Origin: Rhizaria sp. SCN 62-66 | Lineage: Eukaryota | NCBI GenBank assembly: GCA_001724265.1 | Contig: MEDY01000160.1 | Location: 1 to 59,521, forward strand | Direction: 5' to 3' | DNA: 59,521 nucleotides | Part shown: one piece after another, positions 31,890 through 44,237 of the stretch | Layout: every line of letters begins with the position of its first letter | How positions within the stretch are numbered: position 1 is the stretch's first letter | Made by a program: the position numbers and the translations under genes | The notes under the pieces: generated by a model | Seen by the model: only the letters and a program-made list of their open reading frames with translations | The model's database searches: none | Told to the model about the DNA's origin: nothing

Positions 31890-34800
31890 ATGTCGTCGAA
31901 AGAGATGCGCGGGTTGTCCGTCTTCATCCAGGACCTGCGCTACGCCCAGTCCAAGGAGCAGGAGGCCGACCGCGTCAAGAAGGAGCTGGCCAACATCCGC
32001 GCCAAGTTCACCTCCACCTCGAACCTGTCAGACTACGACAAGAAGAAGTACGTGTGGAAGCTGCTGTACATTGCACTGATGGGCTACAACATCGAGTTCG
32101 GCCACATGGTCGCCGTCGGCATGATCGGCTCCAAGAACTTCACTGTCAAGCAAGTCGGCTACATCGCCTGCACCATCCTCTTCACGGAGAAGTCCGAGCT
32201 GCTGCGTCTGATGATCCAGACGATCCGCATCGACATGATGTCGCACTCGGACGCCATCCAGGGCCTCGCGCTCGCCTGCGTCGCGAACCTGGGCGGCAAG
32301 GAGTTCGCCGAGACGCTCATCACCGACGTCGCCAAGGTCCTCTTCTCGCCCCAGACGCGCGCCATCGTCCGCAAGAAGGCCGCGCTGTGCATGCTGCGCA
32401 TCCTCCGCAAGTGCCCCGACCTTATGCCCCAGGACGGCGACTTCCCCGCCCGCATGCAGTCCCTGCTCGACGACGGCAACATCGGCGTCCTCACCGCTGT
32501 GGCATCACTCTTCCTCGGCGTCGCGTCCATCACCACGACTGGCTACGACGACGTCGTCTCCAAGGCCGTGACGATCCTCACCAAGCTGTGCTTTGCCGAC
32601 GCCCGCAACAAGTCCTTCTACAAGTACTACCAGACGATCTGCCCCTGGCTCCAGGTCAAGCTGCTCAAGCTGCTCCAGTACTATCCCCCGCCCACCGAGG
32701 ACAAGTCCACCGCCGCGCGGCTCTCGAACGTCATTGCCGAGATCCTCACGCGCACGGTGGTGACGCAGAACGTCAACAAGGACAACGCCGACCACGCCAT
32801 CCTGTTCGAGGCCGTCAACCTGGTCGTGGCGCTCGCGCGCAAGGGCCACCCGCTGCACCTCGAGGACACCAGCCGTCTGCTCGGCCGCTTCGTGGCGATC
32901 CGCGACCCCAACTTCCGCTACATGGGGCTCGAGGCCATGCGCAAGCTCGCCCACCTGACTGACATGGTTCCCGTCATCCGCACTCACCAGGTACGTCCAC
33001 GCTCTATCGAGTGTTATTTTAGTTTCAATATTCCAGTTTTGTTTTTGTCGTGATATGAACATATTTTCATTTTATTTTAAAGTATTATATCAAAAAATGG
33101 AGTTATATTTTCCCCCAATTTCATTCATGACTAATATCTCACACATATCTCTTCTTCATATCTTTAACAAACTCCTATTACAGGCGACGATCCTGGCCTC
33201 GCTCAAGGACGCCGACGTGTCGCTGCGCAAGCGCGCGTTGGACCTGCTCTTCGCCATCTGCGACAAGTCCAACTGCGTCGAGATCGTCGAGGAGCTGATG
33301 GCGCTGCTGCGCTCTGAGGCGCTGGGCATGCGCGAGGAGCTGGTGCTTAAGGTCGCCATCCTGGCCGAGAAGTTTTCCCCCAACCTGCAGTGGTACGTCG
33401 ACACGGTGATGACGCTCGTGGCCTACGCGGGCGCGTTTGTGACGGACGACATCTGGTTCCGCATCGTGCAGGTGATCACTAACAACGACGACCTGCAGGA
33501 CTACGCCGCCACGCGCGCGTTGGTCCACATCGCGGACCCCGAGCTGCACGAGAACGGCGTCAAGCTCATGGGCTACGTGCTGGGCGAGTTCGCCTACCGC
33601 ATCACCGACGCGTCTGTGGCGCCCGAGGCCATCTACAACGCGCTGCGCGACAAGTACAAGACGGTCACGGCGCCCACGCGCGCCTTGCTGCTCACGGCCT
33701 TCTGCAAGATGGCCAACACGTACCCCGAGCTTAAGGCCGCCATCGACTCCCAGGTCCTGCGCGCGCGCGCCAACGCCGCGTCGCTCGACGCCGAGGTGCA
33801 GCAGCGCGCGAGCGAGTACTTGGCGCTGGGCGAGCAGGACGAGGCCTTCGTCGAGGCCGTGCTTAACGTCATGCCGCGCTTCGAGGACCGCGACGAGGAC
33901 GCGCTGATGAAGCGCGTGCAGGCCGCCGCGGCCGCGGCCGCGGACCGCGATGTGTGGACGCGCCCCGAGGCCGCGCGCGCCGCCGAGGAGGAGGAGGAGA
34001 ACAACGCCGCCGCCAACGCCGCCAACAACAACGACGACGACGACGGCGAGGGCGGTGCGCATAGAGGCGCTGCGGGCGCCGGCACGGGCGACGACGACGA
34101 GGAGGACCTGGGCCACCACTCGGCGGACCCCTACCCGCCGCAGAAGCCCTCGCTGGTGCAGAAGGCGCTGCGCGGCGAGGCGGACAAGTCGCCCGACATC
34201 TACCTCTCTCGCGCGCTGGCCGTGGCGGCCAAGGTGGCCCCGGGCGACACGGCCGCGCAGGCCAAGATGATCGTCGTCGTGGTCAACAAGTCGGCCGTGC
34301 CGATGACCAACGTCGAGCTCCACCTGCCCCAGAGCGACGTGCTCAAGGGCGTCCAGAAGCCCGCCTCGATCGCGACCCTGGCTCCCGGCGCTCAGGACCG
34401 TTTCCTTGTCCTCTGGTCCGTCTTCCGGCCCTACGACGCGCCGCCGCCCGCGAAGCTGACCTTCACGGTCCCGGCCGCGCTCGAGGGCGCCGCGGCCTCG
34501 GCGTCGCTGGTCGCCGCCCCCGCCGTCACGGCGTCGCTCATCCCCGGCCTGGAGGAGTTTGACCTCCTGGGCATGATGGGTGGCGGCAGCGCCAGCGCCC
34601 CCGCGGCGGCCGCCACGAGCCATAACATGTCCGTGGCGCTGCATCTGCCGCTGCTGGCGGCGTCCTTCACGCAGCCGGCCCCGATGCAGGGTCCCGCGTT
34701 CCTGCCCGCATGGAAGGGCCTGGCGCAGCAGGTCGTCGGCAAGGTCCGCCTCGACTCGCCCATCACGGGCGCCGGCGTTCGCGCGCTGGCCGCCAAGGCG

Positions 34801-35040
34801 CTCAACCTCGCCGTCGTGACGGGCTGCGACGACAACGACAACAACGTCTACGCCGCGGGCACCTTCTGCACCAACACCAAGACCGCGGCGGGCGCCGCCG
34901 TCAACATCCCCGTCATGATCCGCGTCGAGACCCGCCCCAACGTCTTTGTCGCGCGCGTCACCGTTAACTCGGGCCACGCGGGCGTCGCGGAGGCGTTCCT
35001 CAAGGCGCTGTCGCACGTGCTCCTCGGCCGTCTCGAGTGA
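31890..35040 (+). CDS. AP2A: AP-2 adaptor complex alpha subunit, join(31890..32990,33184..35040), about 985 aa
   Basis: MRGLSVFIQDLR...KELANIRAKF...YDKKKYVWKLLY...FGHM, KQVGY, VRKKAALC, PWLQVKLLKLLQYY, HAILFEAVNL, NFRYMGLE, LKDADVSLRKRALDLLF, REELVLKVAILAEKF, DAEVQQRASEY; acidic hinge and C-terminal appendage. Phase-0 intron 32991..33183. Stop TGA. Confidence 0.96.
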
Positions 35041-35660
35041 AGTGAGTGACCGTGAGCGAGCAGTGACTGTGAGCGCAAGAGCAAGTGACTCGTGACTTGC
35101 GAGTTGTTTGGTTTGAGTTTGAGTTTGGATTTGTTGTTTTTAATGCTGGCCAGCGTATGTTGGAGCAACAATAGCATTCGTTTGTGATTGCTGTGCTATG
35201 TTGCGATCAACAACTTGTCGAACGCGAATAAGCAAAAGAAACATCATAGAGGAACCACGTTGTGATGTCTTTATCGCTATCGCTGTTTTGAACTTTAATA
35301 GTTTCAGAACATGAGGCAGGCGCACAGTTCTCGGATATTTTCAGCACAGATTTACAATACAATGTATAATTATAAACATTTACTTACCTTACACAGTGCA
35401 TTGCTCGAAGTTTTGTGCCTTTCTAATGACGTTCGAATGATACACATTGTATTGCTTATTCTTTACTGGTAAGGAAATACACCTGTGCTTAAATATGTTA
35501 AGGCTTACTCTTTAAATATATCATACTCAATTTTCGGTTCATACAAACTACAGTTCCATTCTGGCCCTCTGACCTTTGATTCAGCTCACATAAACAACCA
35601 TCACGTGTCAGTCCATAGCTCACTGCTCAGCCACTGCTCAGTCAGTCCAACACAGCCCGC

Positions 35661-38004
35661 TCACATCTGCTGCTGGCCGCGGTGGCCGCTCTCAGCCGAC
35701 TTAGCGACGGCGCGCTTGTGCAGCTGGATCGCGCGCAGGATCTGCACGGCGCTGGCCTGCAGCTGCTGCAGCGGCAGGCGGGCTAGCATCACCGTCTCGC
35801 GGGTCATCGCCGCCGCGGCGCCCGGAGGCGGGCGGAACATCCTGTTGAGGAATCGAAACAAAGTGAGGCCAAGGAAACAGAAAGCAAGCAAAGATGTTTG
35901 AGTGACTCTGTAAGGAAATAATTTCGACAAAGCGAAAAAATAGCTTAAAAAAGCATGAAATAAAAATAAAAGCAGACATATTAAAGTCAACCGTGATATA
36001 TCTCATGTTAAAATGAAGGGTTTAGCTTGCGTACCTCGCCATCGCAGCCACCTCGGCAGCCTCCGCAGTGACATCCCCCATCGCAGTAGTCGCGGCCGCG
36101 GTCTTCGGACTGGCAGCACCGGGAGTCGTGAAGGCAAACTCGCCGTCATGGCCGTCATCGGCGCTCTCAGCACTCGAGCCCGCAGCCGCAGCCGCAGTCG
36201 CATTGCGAGTGCTATTGTTGGCGCCGCTAAGGCCAAACATCTCTGCCAGGGCCTCGACGGTGCCGTCGTCCTCGTCCTCCTCCTCAAGCCCACTCGCACC
36301 CGCGCCAGCGCCGCTGCTGTTGATGTTGTTGGTGTTGGCGTAGGGGCTGTACCCGCCGTTGGCAGCCTGCTGGTGCTTGTAGAAGCGCTTCATGTGGCGC
36401 ATGCTCTCGGCGCCGGTGGCCTTGACCGAGGCCAACGCCACGGTGAAGTCGGCGGCCGTCACGGCCCGCAGCCGCATGTCCCGCGCCCCGCGCCGCGCGC
36501 GCCGTTGCACGGGCCGCGCCGCGGCGCCGGGGCCCTGGACTGCGCGCGCCAGAGAGGAGCTCATGCTGACGCCGCCCGTGGCGTCCGAGTCGGGCACGGT
36601 CGCGTCGGGGTCACTGTCGTCGTCGTCGGTCACGAAGCCGTCGTCCTCGTCATCGCTCTCGCCGCCGCCGCGCGCCGCCGCCTTGCTATTGCCCGCTGCG
36701 TTGTTGTGCGTGTGGATGCGGTTCGCGGCGGCGAAGTGCTTGCGGTTGCGGCGAGTGAACTCGCGCAGGGGCTCCATCGCGGCCGCCTTGCAGAGCTCCT
36801 TGAGGTCAGACCCCGAGTACTCGTCGGTCTGCGCGGCCACATGCGCCACTAGCGCCCCCGGCTCCCCGGCCAGGGGGATGTCGCGCAGCAGCAGGGTCAG
36901 GATGGCGGCGCGCTCCTCAAGCCCGGGCAGGTCGAAGAGGATCTGGCGCGGCATACGGCGCAGGAAGGCGGCGTCGATGTCGAAGGGGCGGTTGGTTGCG
37001 CCCAAGACAAGGACGGGGGCGGAGTGGTCGGTAACGAGCCCGTCCCACTGCGCCATAAACTCGCCCTTAATGGTGCTGCTGGCGGAGCGGTCGAGCGAGG
37101 AGCGCGAGGACAGGAACACGTCGACCTCGTCGATGAAGATGATGCTGGGCGCGAACTTACGCGCCAGAGAGAAGATGGCGCGGGCGATCTTCTGCGACTC
37201 GCCGTACCACTTGTTCTCCAGCGTCGAGAAGTTGACCGGGATGAAGGTCGCGTTGCACTCCTTGGCGATGGCCTTGGCCATGAGTGTCTTGCCCGTCCCG
37301 GGCGGCCCGTAGAAGAGCACGCCCAGCGGGATCGAGAGCAGGTTGTGCGCGGGGGTCGCCGCTGCCGTCGCGCCCTCGCCAGCCTTGGCCATCGCAGACG
37401 CGGCGCTCGGGCGGCCGCCGGCGCGCTTGTTGGCTTTGCTGCTGCTGTTGTTGGCGGAGAAGGCGGTGGCGGAGTTGAAGAGTTGGGGGTGCTGCAGCGG
37501 CAGGAGAATCGTCTCCCACAGGGTCTCTTTGATGTTGCGGAGGCCGCCGATGTCGTCGATGGAGACGTTGATTTGCTCGGGGAAACACATGTCGGAGAGG
37601 ATCATCATCTCGTGCTCGTCGATAGCGGGAAGGGTGCCCGGACGCTGTACGTATGCGCACAACAAAGCAAGGAGGCAAAAGCAAGCGAAAACGATGCAAG
37701 AGAGAGAAACGTAAGCAAAGCGGGTTATAACGAGGTTTTAGAGAAAAATAGAGTATAGAAGAAATAGGCGAGAGGTAATTAAGCTTTGTTGTAGCTAGAT
37801 TAAGGAACGTACGCCGAGCTTGATCCAGATTTTGTAGAGGGCCTTGGTAGCAGCTTTGGAGCGCTCAGTGTCCTCGTTCTTGAAATGGTTTGCGATCTTG
37901 CGCGCGAGCCAGATCGACACGATCGTCGGGGCAACAACGGTGATGACTTCAAATGCCGTGGCAATCCACGCCTTCCAGTTCGCCTGGTTGGCGGCACTGG
38001 ACAT
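35661..38004 (-). CDS. ATAD1: Msp1/ATAD1-like membrane-anchored AAA+ ATPase, complement(join(35661..35841,36035..37644,37813..38004)), about 660 aa
   Basis: N-terminal hydrophobic anchor; DEHEMMI...PEQINVSIDDIGGL; Walker A GVLFYGPPGTGKT..AKAIAKE; pore loop KWYGESQK; Walker B IIFIDEVD; KGEFMAQWDGL; SRH VLGATNRPFDIDAAFLRRMP; YSGSDLKELC. Intron phases match. Stop TGA. Confidence 0.92.
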
Positions 38005-38674
38005 CGCGGGCTGGGGGGTGCAAAGGGGCGGGGAGGAAGGGGAGATGCGAGTGTCAGGCCGAAGTTGAGAAATGGCGCGCAAAGTAGGATAGACGAAGAC
38101 CGAGTAAAGTCTAAAAACAAGAACAAGTAGGTACATGAGGGTTAAACACGATGATTGATGTAATTCACTGTTCTGACGATGGGAAGGTATAGTTATGGAC
38201 TGCCGCAGTTTTGTGTCTTCTCGCCCTTGACTCTCCAGCCAGCGCTTGTGGCTGGTCACTACAGGCACCACAAAACACATTTCATTGAAGTTCATAGGCA
38301 TAATGATTAAGAAAAATCACGAGACTTAATTTATTAATAGTAACTTTAAAGTTATACTTTTTACGAAGGTTTTATATGATGAGTTTATCATTTGGATGAG
38401 ATATTATGCTTGAAGTTTTCGTTACTTCAAGTAACACTCATTCGCAGCGTTACACAGTATAAACAGATGATATAAAAGATTATCGCAACAATTCCGAATT
38501 ATTTAAGTGTTTTATTTACTAAATTAACACACAGCCTCTAAAAATCGTTAATTACCACTCTGAGCAGTGCCGTTTTCACATTGATGCGTAACACAACCAC
38601 CGCAACAGCAACGCTAAAGCATCGATGTTACTGCTGCCATCAGGATGAAACTAGCAGGTTACAATGGTAACGCG

Positions 38675-39326
38675 TTAAACATTGACAGGAAACACCTCGG
38701 GCTCGGGTGTTGGCCCCGTAGAAGGCTCAGCAGTGGCCATATTCGAGACACCCTCTTCAGGGTACGCAAGCCTAAGAAATAGCACAAAACAGAGGTTTTG
38801 AAGCCATGTATAAGAGCTTTTCATGTAAAAACGATAATATACTATAAAAAACACATTGTTAAAAAAATATATGCACTTTTCGGTTTAGTTCGAGCATATT
38901 ATGCTGATATAAGTGCGATTTCGTCGCCATGACGGACCTTGGGACGAGCTCGCCGCTCTCGCAGCCGTACCGCTCCGCGTTGAAGCACGCTGCGCCACAC
39001 AGCGACGGCGCCGAGTACGGGCACGCAAACTCCTCAAAATGGCAGATAGAGTTGGCGCGGTTGACGCAGCCGTTGCCGCAGCGGACTTCGCCGAACTGGC
39101 AGATCATGTTGGCCGAGCACGTGTGTGTGGCCGGGTTGTAGCAGCCCACGACGCCGGCGCGGCCGCGGAGGACGATGTTGCAGGGACGGTTCGGTTCAGA
39201 GCAAGGGTTGCGCAAACGGGCGGGAGCGCGAGTTGCGAGCGCCAACGTTGTAGTTAGTAGCAGAAGATAAATGAGGAGTGGGAGAGAGCGGGCGAGTCGC
39301 GAGAGCGAGGCTTGACAGGCAGCCAT
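38675..39326 (-). CDS. Small secreted cysteine-rich protein with repeated C-G-x-x-C-(Y/F)-N-x4-C modules (CBM52-like), complement(join(38675..38771,38938..39326)), about 161 aa
   Basis: Signal-like LPLLIYLLLLTTTLALA; modules GCYNPATHTC, CGNGCVNRANSIC and CGAACFNAERYGCESGEL. Donor AG|GTCCGT (38937) and acceptor TTCTTAG|G (38772) add an in-frame acidic tail LAYPEEGVSNMATAEPSTGPTPEPEVFPVNV-TAA not shown in the ORF track. An upstream in-frame ATG at 39365 is an alternative start. Confidence 0.72.
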
Positions 39327-39817
39327 CGAACACTTAAAAACAACGAAGAAACAGAGGTATGCCATAAGCTACACGAAGGGTTTTGGGCATGATCGATATC
39401 AAAGCGGATTTGTTTAAGTTGTCTTAACGCTTTCAATAAGTAGCATATCCATATCCAACAATTTCTTATCCGGAAATCGACATGAACAAGATCGGCTTCC
39501 TCGTTGCGCTTCCATCCGCAACGGAGCTCACAGTCGTTAGTCATTCATTGCCCACAGTCAAGGAGCTAAACACACAGGATACCATTTGAGATTAATAAAC
39601 TATAACGTATGTATTTACTTCAAATTAACCTTTTAATTCTTCATGGCCTTACCCATATAGATAACTGACAGAAACAAGACTTTGATCTCTCTCGCTTCCA
39701 AAAGGCCTTTACTTGATTGATCTCACTATGCATCAATCGATCCTTTCAACTCAGTCCATAAGCGCCTTTTTGGCGATATTATGCTTGCAGTAACGTAATT
39801 GCTCTGTCACTCTTTGT

Positions 39818-40521
39818 TCAACGGAGGTCAGCGAAGAAGTCGTCCTCGAACCCGTCGCTGAGTACGGGCTTCTTCTCTTCCACAGGGGGGGCCGCGGCCG
39901 CTGCCGGCGCCGGCGCCGACACAGGCGCAGCAACCGGGGAAGCCACAGCTGCAGCAGGGGCAACCGGGGAGGAGGCGGAGGGAGCAAAGAAGTCGAAAGC
40001 ATCGCTCGCGCCGGCACTAGAGCTCGCGCTCGCAGGGGCAGTAGCAGCAGCGTTAGTGTTATTGCTGCTGACGCTGAGGCCGCCGAACGCGCTTTGCAGC
40101 ACCGCATCATTGCTGCTGCTGTTGGCAGGGGTGCTGCTGAAGCCGAGGCCCAGAACATCACTGACACTGCTCCCGCTCTTGACAATCGGGCTGGCCGCCG
40201 CAGCACTCGTTGTCGCAGCAGCAGCAGCAGCAGGCTTAGAGCTAGAGCTTGAGTTAACGTTGCTGCTGCTGCTGCTGCTGGCGGGAGAGGCCATGGACTG
40301 GGGACGCATGCTGCTCCAAATGTCGTCGATGTTGCTGGCGCTGGCGCTGCTGCTGCCGAAACCGCCGTAGACGCCGCGGGGCGCGCTGGCTGCGGCGGCG
40401 GGGTTGTACAGGGGAGTGGCACCGGTACCCGTGCCGGTACCCGTGCCGGCACTCGCGGTTGCCGTGTTGGAGCTAGAGCCAAAGCCGCCGTAAGGATTAC
40501 TACTGCTCGTCGCGTAATTGG

Positions 40522-40557
<36 letters not shown>

Positions 40558-40825
40558 TGTTATATGAGGAGCCGGCGTGGGGGCTGCCGAGGCCGGGCGC
40601 GGGCGCGGAGCCGGCCTGGAAGCCCACCTCGGCCCCCGGCACGGTACCGCCGACGCTGGCACTCAAGCCGTCGTCGGCGTTGTAGCCGCCACCGCCACCG
40701 CTGCTGCTAGAGCTAGAGCTAGAGCTAGAGTAGCTGTTGGCGTTGCTAGAGCCGGAGCCGCTGGAGCTGTTGTAGCTGCCGCTGCCGAAGCCGCCGTAAG
40801 GGTTGGTCGTGCCGTTGTACCCAGA

Positions 40826-40859
<34 letters not shown>

Positions 40860-42396
40860 TGTGCGCCGCTGTAGCTGCTGCTGTGCGCTCCCTCCGTGCC
40901 GACGATGTTATGGACGACGGCGGACATCTTGTGCCAGCCCGTGGCGAGCGACTCGTTGAGCTGCATCTCGCGCGACTTTGCGCTGACGACCTCGGCCGTG
41001 TGCTGGAGCCCGTCCTTGGCAAGCGCGGCGCCAGTCACCGCCAGCTCGCGCGCCTTCTCGCCCGCGATCGAGGCTGCGGTGGCAAGCGTCGACCACCAGT
41101 CGGCAGCGGTGGCGCCAGCGTTGGACGGCCGCTGGGAGCCGGAGCCGGAGCCGAAGCCAGAGGCAGAGCCAGAGCCACCGGAGTTGTTGTTGTAGTTGCT
41201 GCTGCCGAAGCCGCCGTAGGGGTTGCTGGAGCCCCCGTAGCCAGAGCCGGCGCCAGAGCTATTGCTCGAGTTCGAGCTCGGGTTGGAGCTGCCTGAGTGG
41301 TAGCTGTTGCTGTTGTTATTGTTGTTATTAGGGCTCGAGCCAAAGCCAGAGCTGCTATTGCTGTTACTGCTGCTGCTGTTGCCGTAGCCGAGGCCACCAC
41401 TCATGCCGCCGTAGCCCGAACTGCTGCTACTGCTGCTGCTGCTATAGCTGTTGCTGAGGCCGCCGTGGCCGTGGCTGTGGGAGGAAGGCCCGAAGGCGGC
41501 AGCCATGCTCGAGGCGACGACACCCGAGGTCGAGGGCGCGGCGGCGCTGGTGTTGGCGCTGTAGCCGATGAACGGCAGAGGGTCGGGCGCGGGGCCCGGC
41601 GGAGAGAGCAGCAGCGCCTCGGCCTTGGCCTTGACCCACTGGCGGTAGCGGGCCATCGCGGCGCACGAGTAGCGGTCCTGAATCGAGAGTGAGTCGGGGA
41701 AGGACTGGTCGCGCCAGAACTGCTTCATCTGCGCGTTGCCACCAGCGCGCATCATGGCGAGCTGCTTGTCGGACCACGAGTCGATGGTGACGGAGCGCAC
41801 GAACGAGTAGTGTACGCCCAGCGAGCGGTGCGTGCCGGAGCAGGAGATGCAGATAAAGGTACCGTGGGAGACCGAGGCCCAGAGGGGGGACTTAAGGCCG
41901 CAGTCGACGCAGTGCTGAGAGAGAGCGTAAGAAGCCAAGAGCAAGAGTCGGAGTTACGACAGCGAAGGGCGGGAGATAAGAGATGAGCGGGAGAGATATA
42001 GAAGGGGATAGAGGTGAGGGTTAAGGAATAAAATGACGATTATGGCTGTAAAAAGTTGTCAAACAACTTAATGTAGAATTATGGAGTAGTATTCTGAAAT
42101 ATGAAGGCGAAAGAGAGCAAACAAGATAACATGACAACAAATCGCAAAAGATCCGATTCTGAGACGGCTTTGCGGGACGACGTACATTGTTCTCACCAGT
42201 GCGCAGGGTGGCAAAGACCTTGGCGGTCTTGCGCTGTTGCTCTTCCGCGCTCTATGTGTGAGACAGCAAAACAGAGCCATAGAGAGAAGACAGAGGGCAC
42301 GAGAGAGTGAGCAGAGGAGCGAGAGATCGATTGGGGGGAGCAAAGAGCTGTAGAATCAGAGGCGAGTTGAAGGGAATAGGAAGCAATGCGTACCAT
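39818..42396 (-). CDS. ArfGAP (ArfGAP1/Gcs1-like), complement(join(39818..41914,42186..42251,42394..42396)), about 721 aa
   Basis: Zinc finger CVDC-x16[26 protein letters not shown]..QL..M..GGN; amphipathic segments [13 protein letters not shown] and [13 protein letters not shown]; long S/G/N-rich tail ending EDDFFADLR. The 5' exons are reconstructed as ATG|GTACGC and a 66-nt exon [22 protein letters not shown]. Stop TGA. Confidence 0.9.
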
Positions 42397-44237
42397 GGTC
42401 AATTGTCAACAGCCTAGTTACAAGGGTGACAATGCCGTGAGGGGATGCTAGAAGGTGCGGGGAGTGCAAGGGAAGGCCGAGAGGGCTGTGAGGGAGAGTG
42501 CTCGCCTGTGTCCTCACACTGGGGGCGGATGGAAGAAAATAGTGCTTCGTAGGAGCCGTGGATCAAGCGTAATGAAAACAATTCTTAAATATCAAGGAGG
42601 AGCAGAGATAGTAAAGCGTGGACCAGTCTATACAATCGTCGCTGTCGGGTTGTTGAAGTGCGAGATTGAGCGGCAGATATCGCTTGGCTGCCACGTCTCT
42701 TTCCGTGGTTCGCCGCTCGGCGGCTTGACTTCCCACGTCATCATTCCTCTCAACATAGCCAGCGCTTTATATGCAATACATGAAAGAACATTAGTGCTGT
42801 ATTTTACTCATCACGGTAGAGTGTCTATTACATTGAATTTTTAGCGCAATTAACGATAATCTATGTCTTCAAATTCGGACCAAGAGCTACTTGTTGCGGC
42901 TCGTTGACCGCAGCAGGCGATCTCGCACCGCCAACTCATGCCGGCTTCGTGATATGCAATATAATAGTCTGATATAGCGCTCTCACATGAGTGTTACCCA
43001 TGAGGTAGTGGCGTACCGCTGCTGGCTTTGGCTCAAGCATGCGTGTCGTCGTTTGTGTGCCGTTTAAGATAATTCAATTGTGCGTAACTGCTAAGGTGTT
43101 GCTCGCTGTTTCTCGCTGTGCTTATGCAGCAGTATTGCCAGCACAACTACCGAGTGAGAGTGTGAGTGAGATGCATGCATCGTGTTCACACACGCGCCTG
43201 TTCTGGCTGGTGACCGAGCAGGGGCGACAGTCAGGTCCTGGCTGCAACGAAGAGCTGAGAGCTAACGAGCCGTTACACAACTGTAATTAAGATTGCGGGC
43301 GGGCACAATTGCAGTGATATATCAAGTCCATGTAGAATGTTGTCAATTGGAAAGAATTATGCGAACAGGCAATCTGACGTGGTTTCATAACATAACTTAG
43401 CCTTTTCAATGTTGGCACGTAATTTTGACATTTATTAAGCTTAAACGGCCGGTAGAGCTTACCACACTGAGACAATATATTTAGTAAAAAACTTGACTGA
43501 GTGTGAACTATAGCAAAGCTCAAACGTGTTGATTTACGCAGTAACGTTTGGGTGAAGACGATTGGACGTTCGCTACCCAGCGCGCCACCGCCGCCGCCAA
43601 ATTTTCGCCGCTTCACTTTGGGTCCCTGTTGTATCTGGTCCCGCAACGCCGCGAGGGCGTCCCTAAGCTCGCCGCCGCAGGCTTTCTTGCTTACTCGTAT
43701 CTAGCTTGCCAGCGCAGAGCAAACACAGACCGAGAAGACAGAGGTGATTTGACGGAAGCGGTGAGAGAAGTGTTGAAGGTAACAGTTCCAATGATTGAGA
43801 GTAATACACTGTGTAAGGAGATATTTATGCCATCAGCACTTAGAATTAAGGTCAAACCCGCAAAGAAAAAGTGCACAGCTCATATCAAAGAAAAATATCA
43901 ACATTAATGAGTCATTCGACTCGGATTTTGCTTGTGCACGATAATTCAGGTTGGTACTCGCCCGAGTGCAATCCACCTCAAAAAAGTTCGTTCGCGATCT
44001 GCGATACAGACACTTACTATCCTCCACATCCACTCGTGTGTTCATTATATAACGCATGTTTACGATATTTCTATTGTGTTTTCTATATTATATGTAATTT
44101 AAGCTATCTAAAAAGCACACCAACATCTCTATCACCGGTATCATTATCCCGCTGACTCTGACTCCATTCTTGTCTCTCTCGCACTCACTTGCTCCCGCCT
44201 TCATCCTCTAGGAGTAACTCAGTTGGAGCGGTCCTCG

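Noticed and set aside
15208-35016. Long antisense or alternate-frame ORFs (e.g. 15208..16740 -, 19448..21778 -, 33178..35016 -, 31352..32962 +)
   Set aside because: Shadows of GC-rich, codon-biased real genes; V/R/G-rich translations with no motifs.
43548-43907. 119-aa ORF between ArfGAP and PAAF1
   Set aside because: Non-ATG start, no motif, no splice partners found; possibly a decayed gene fragment but unsupported.
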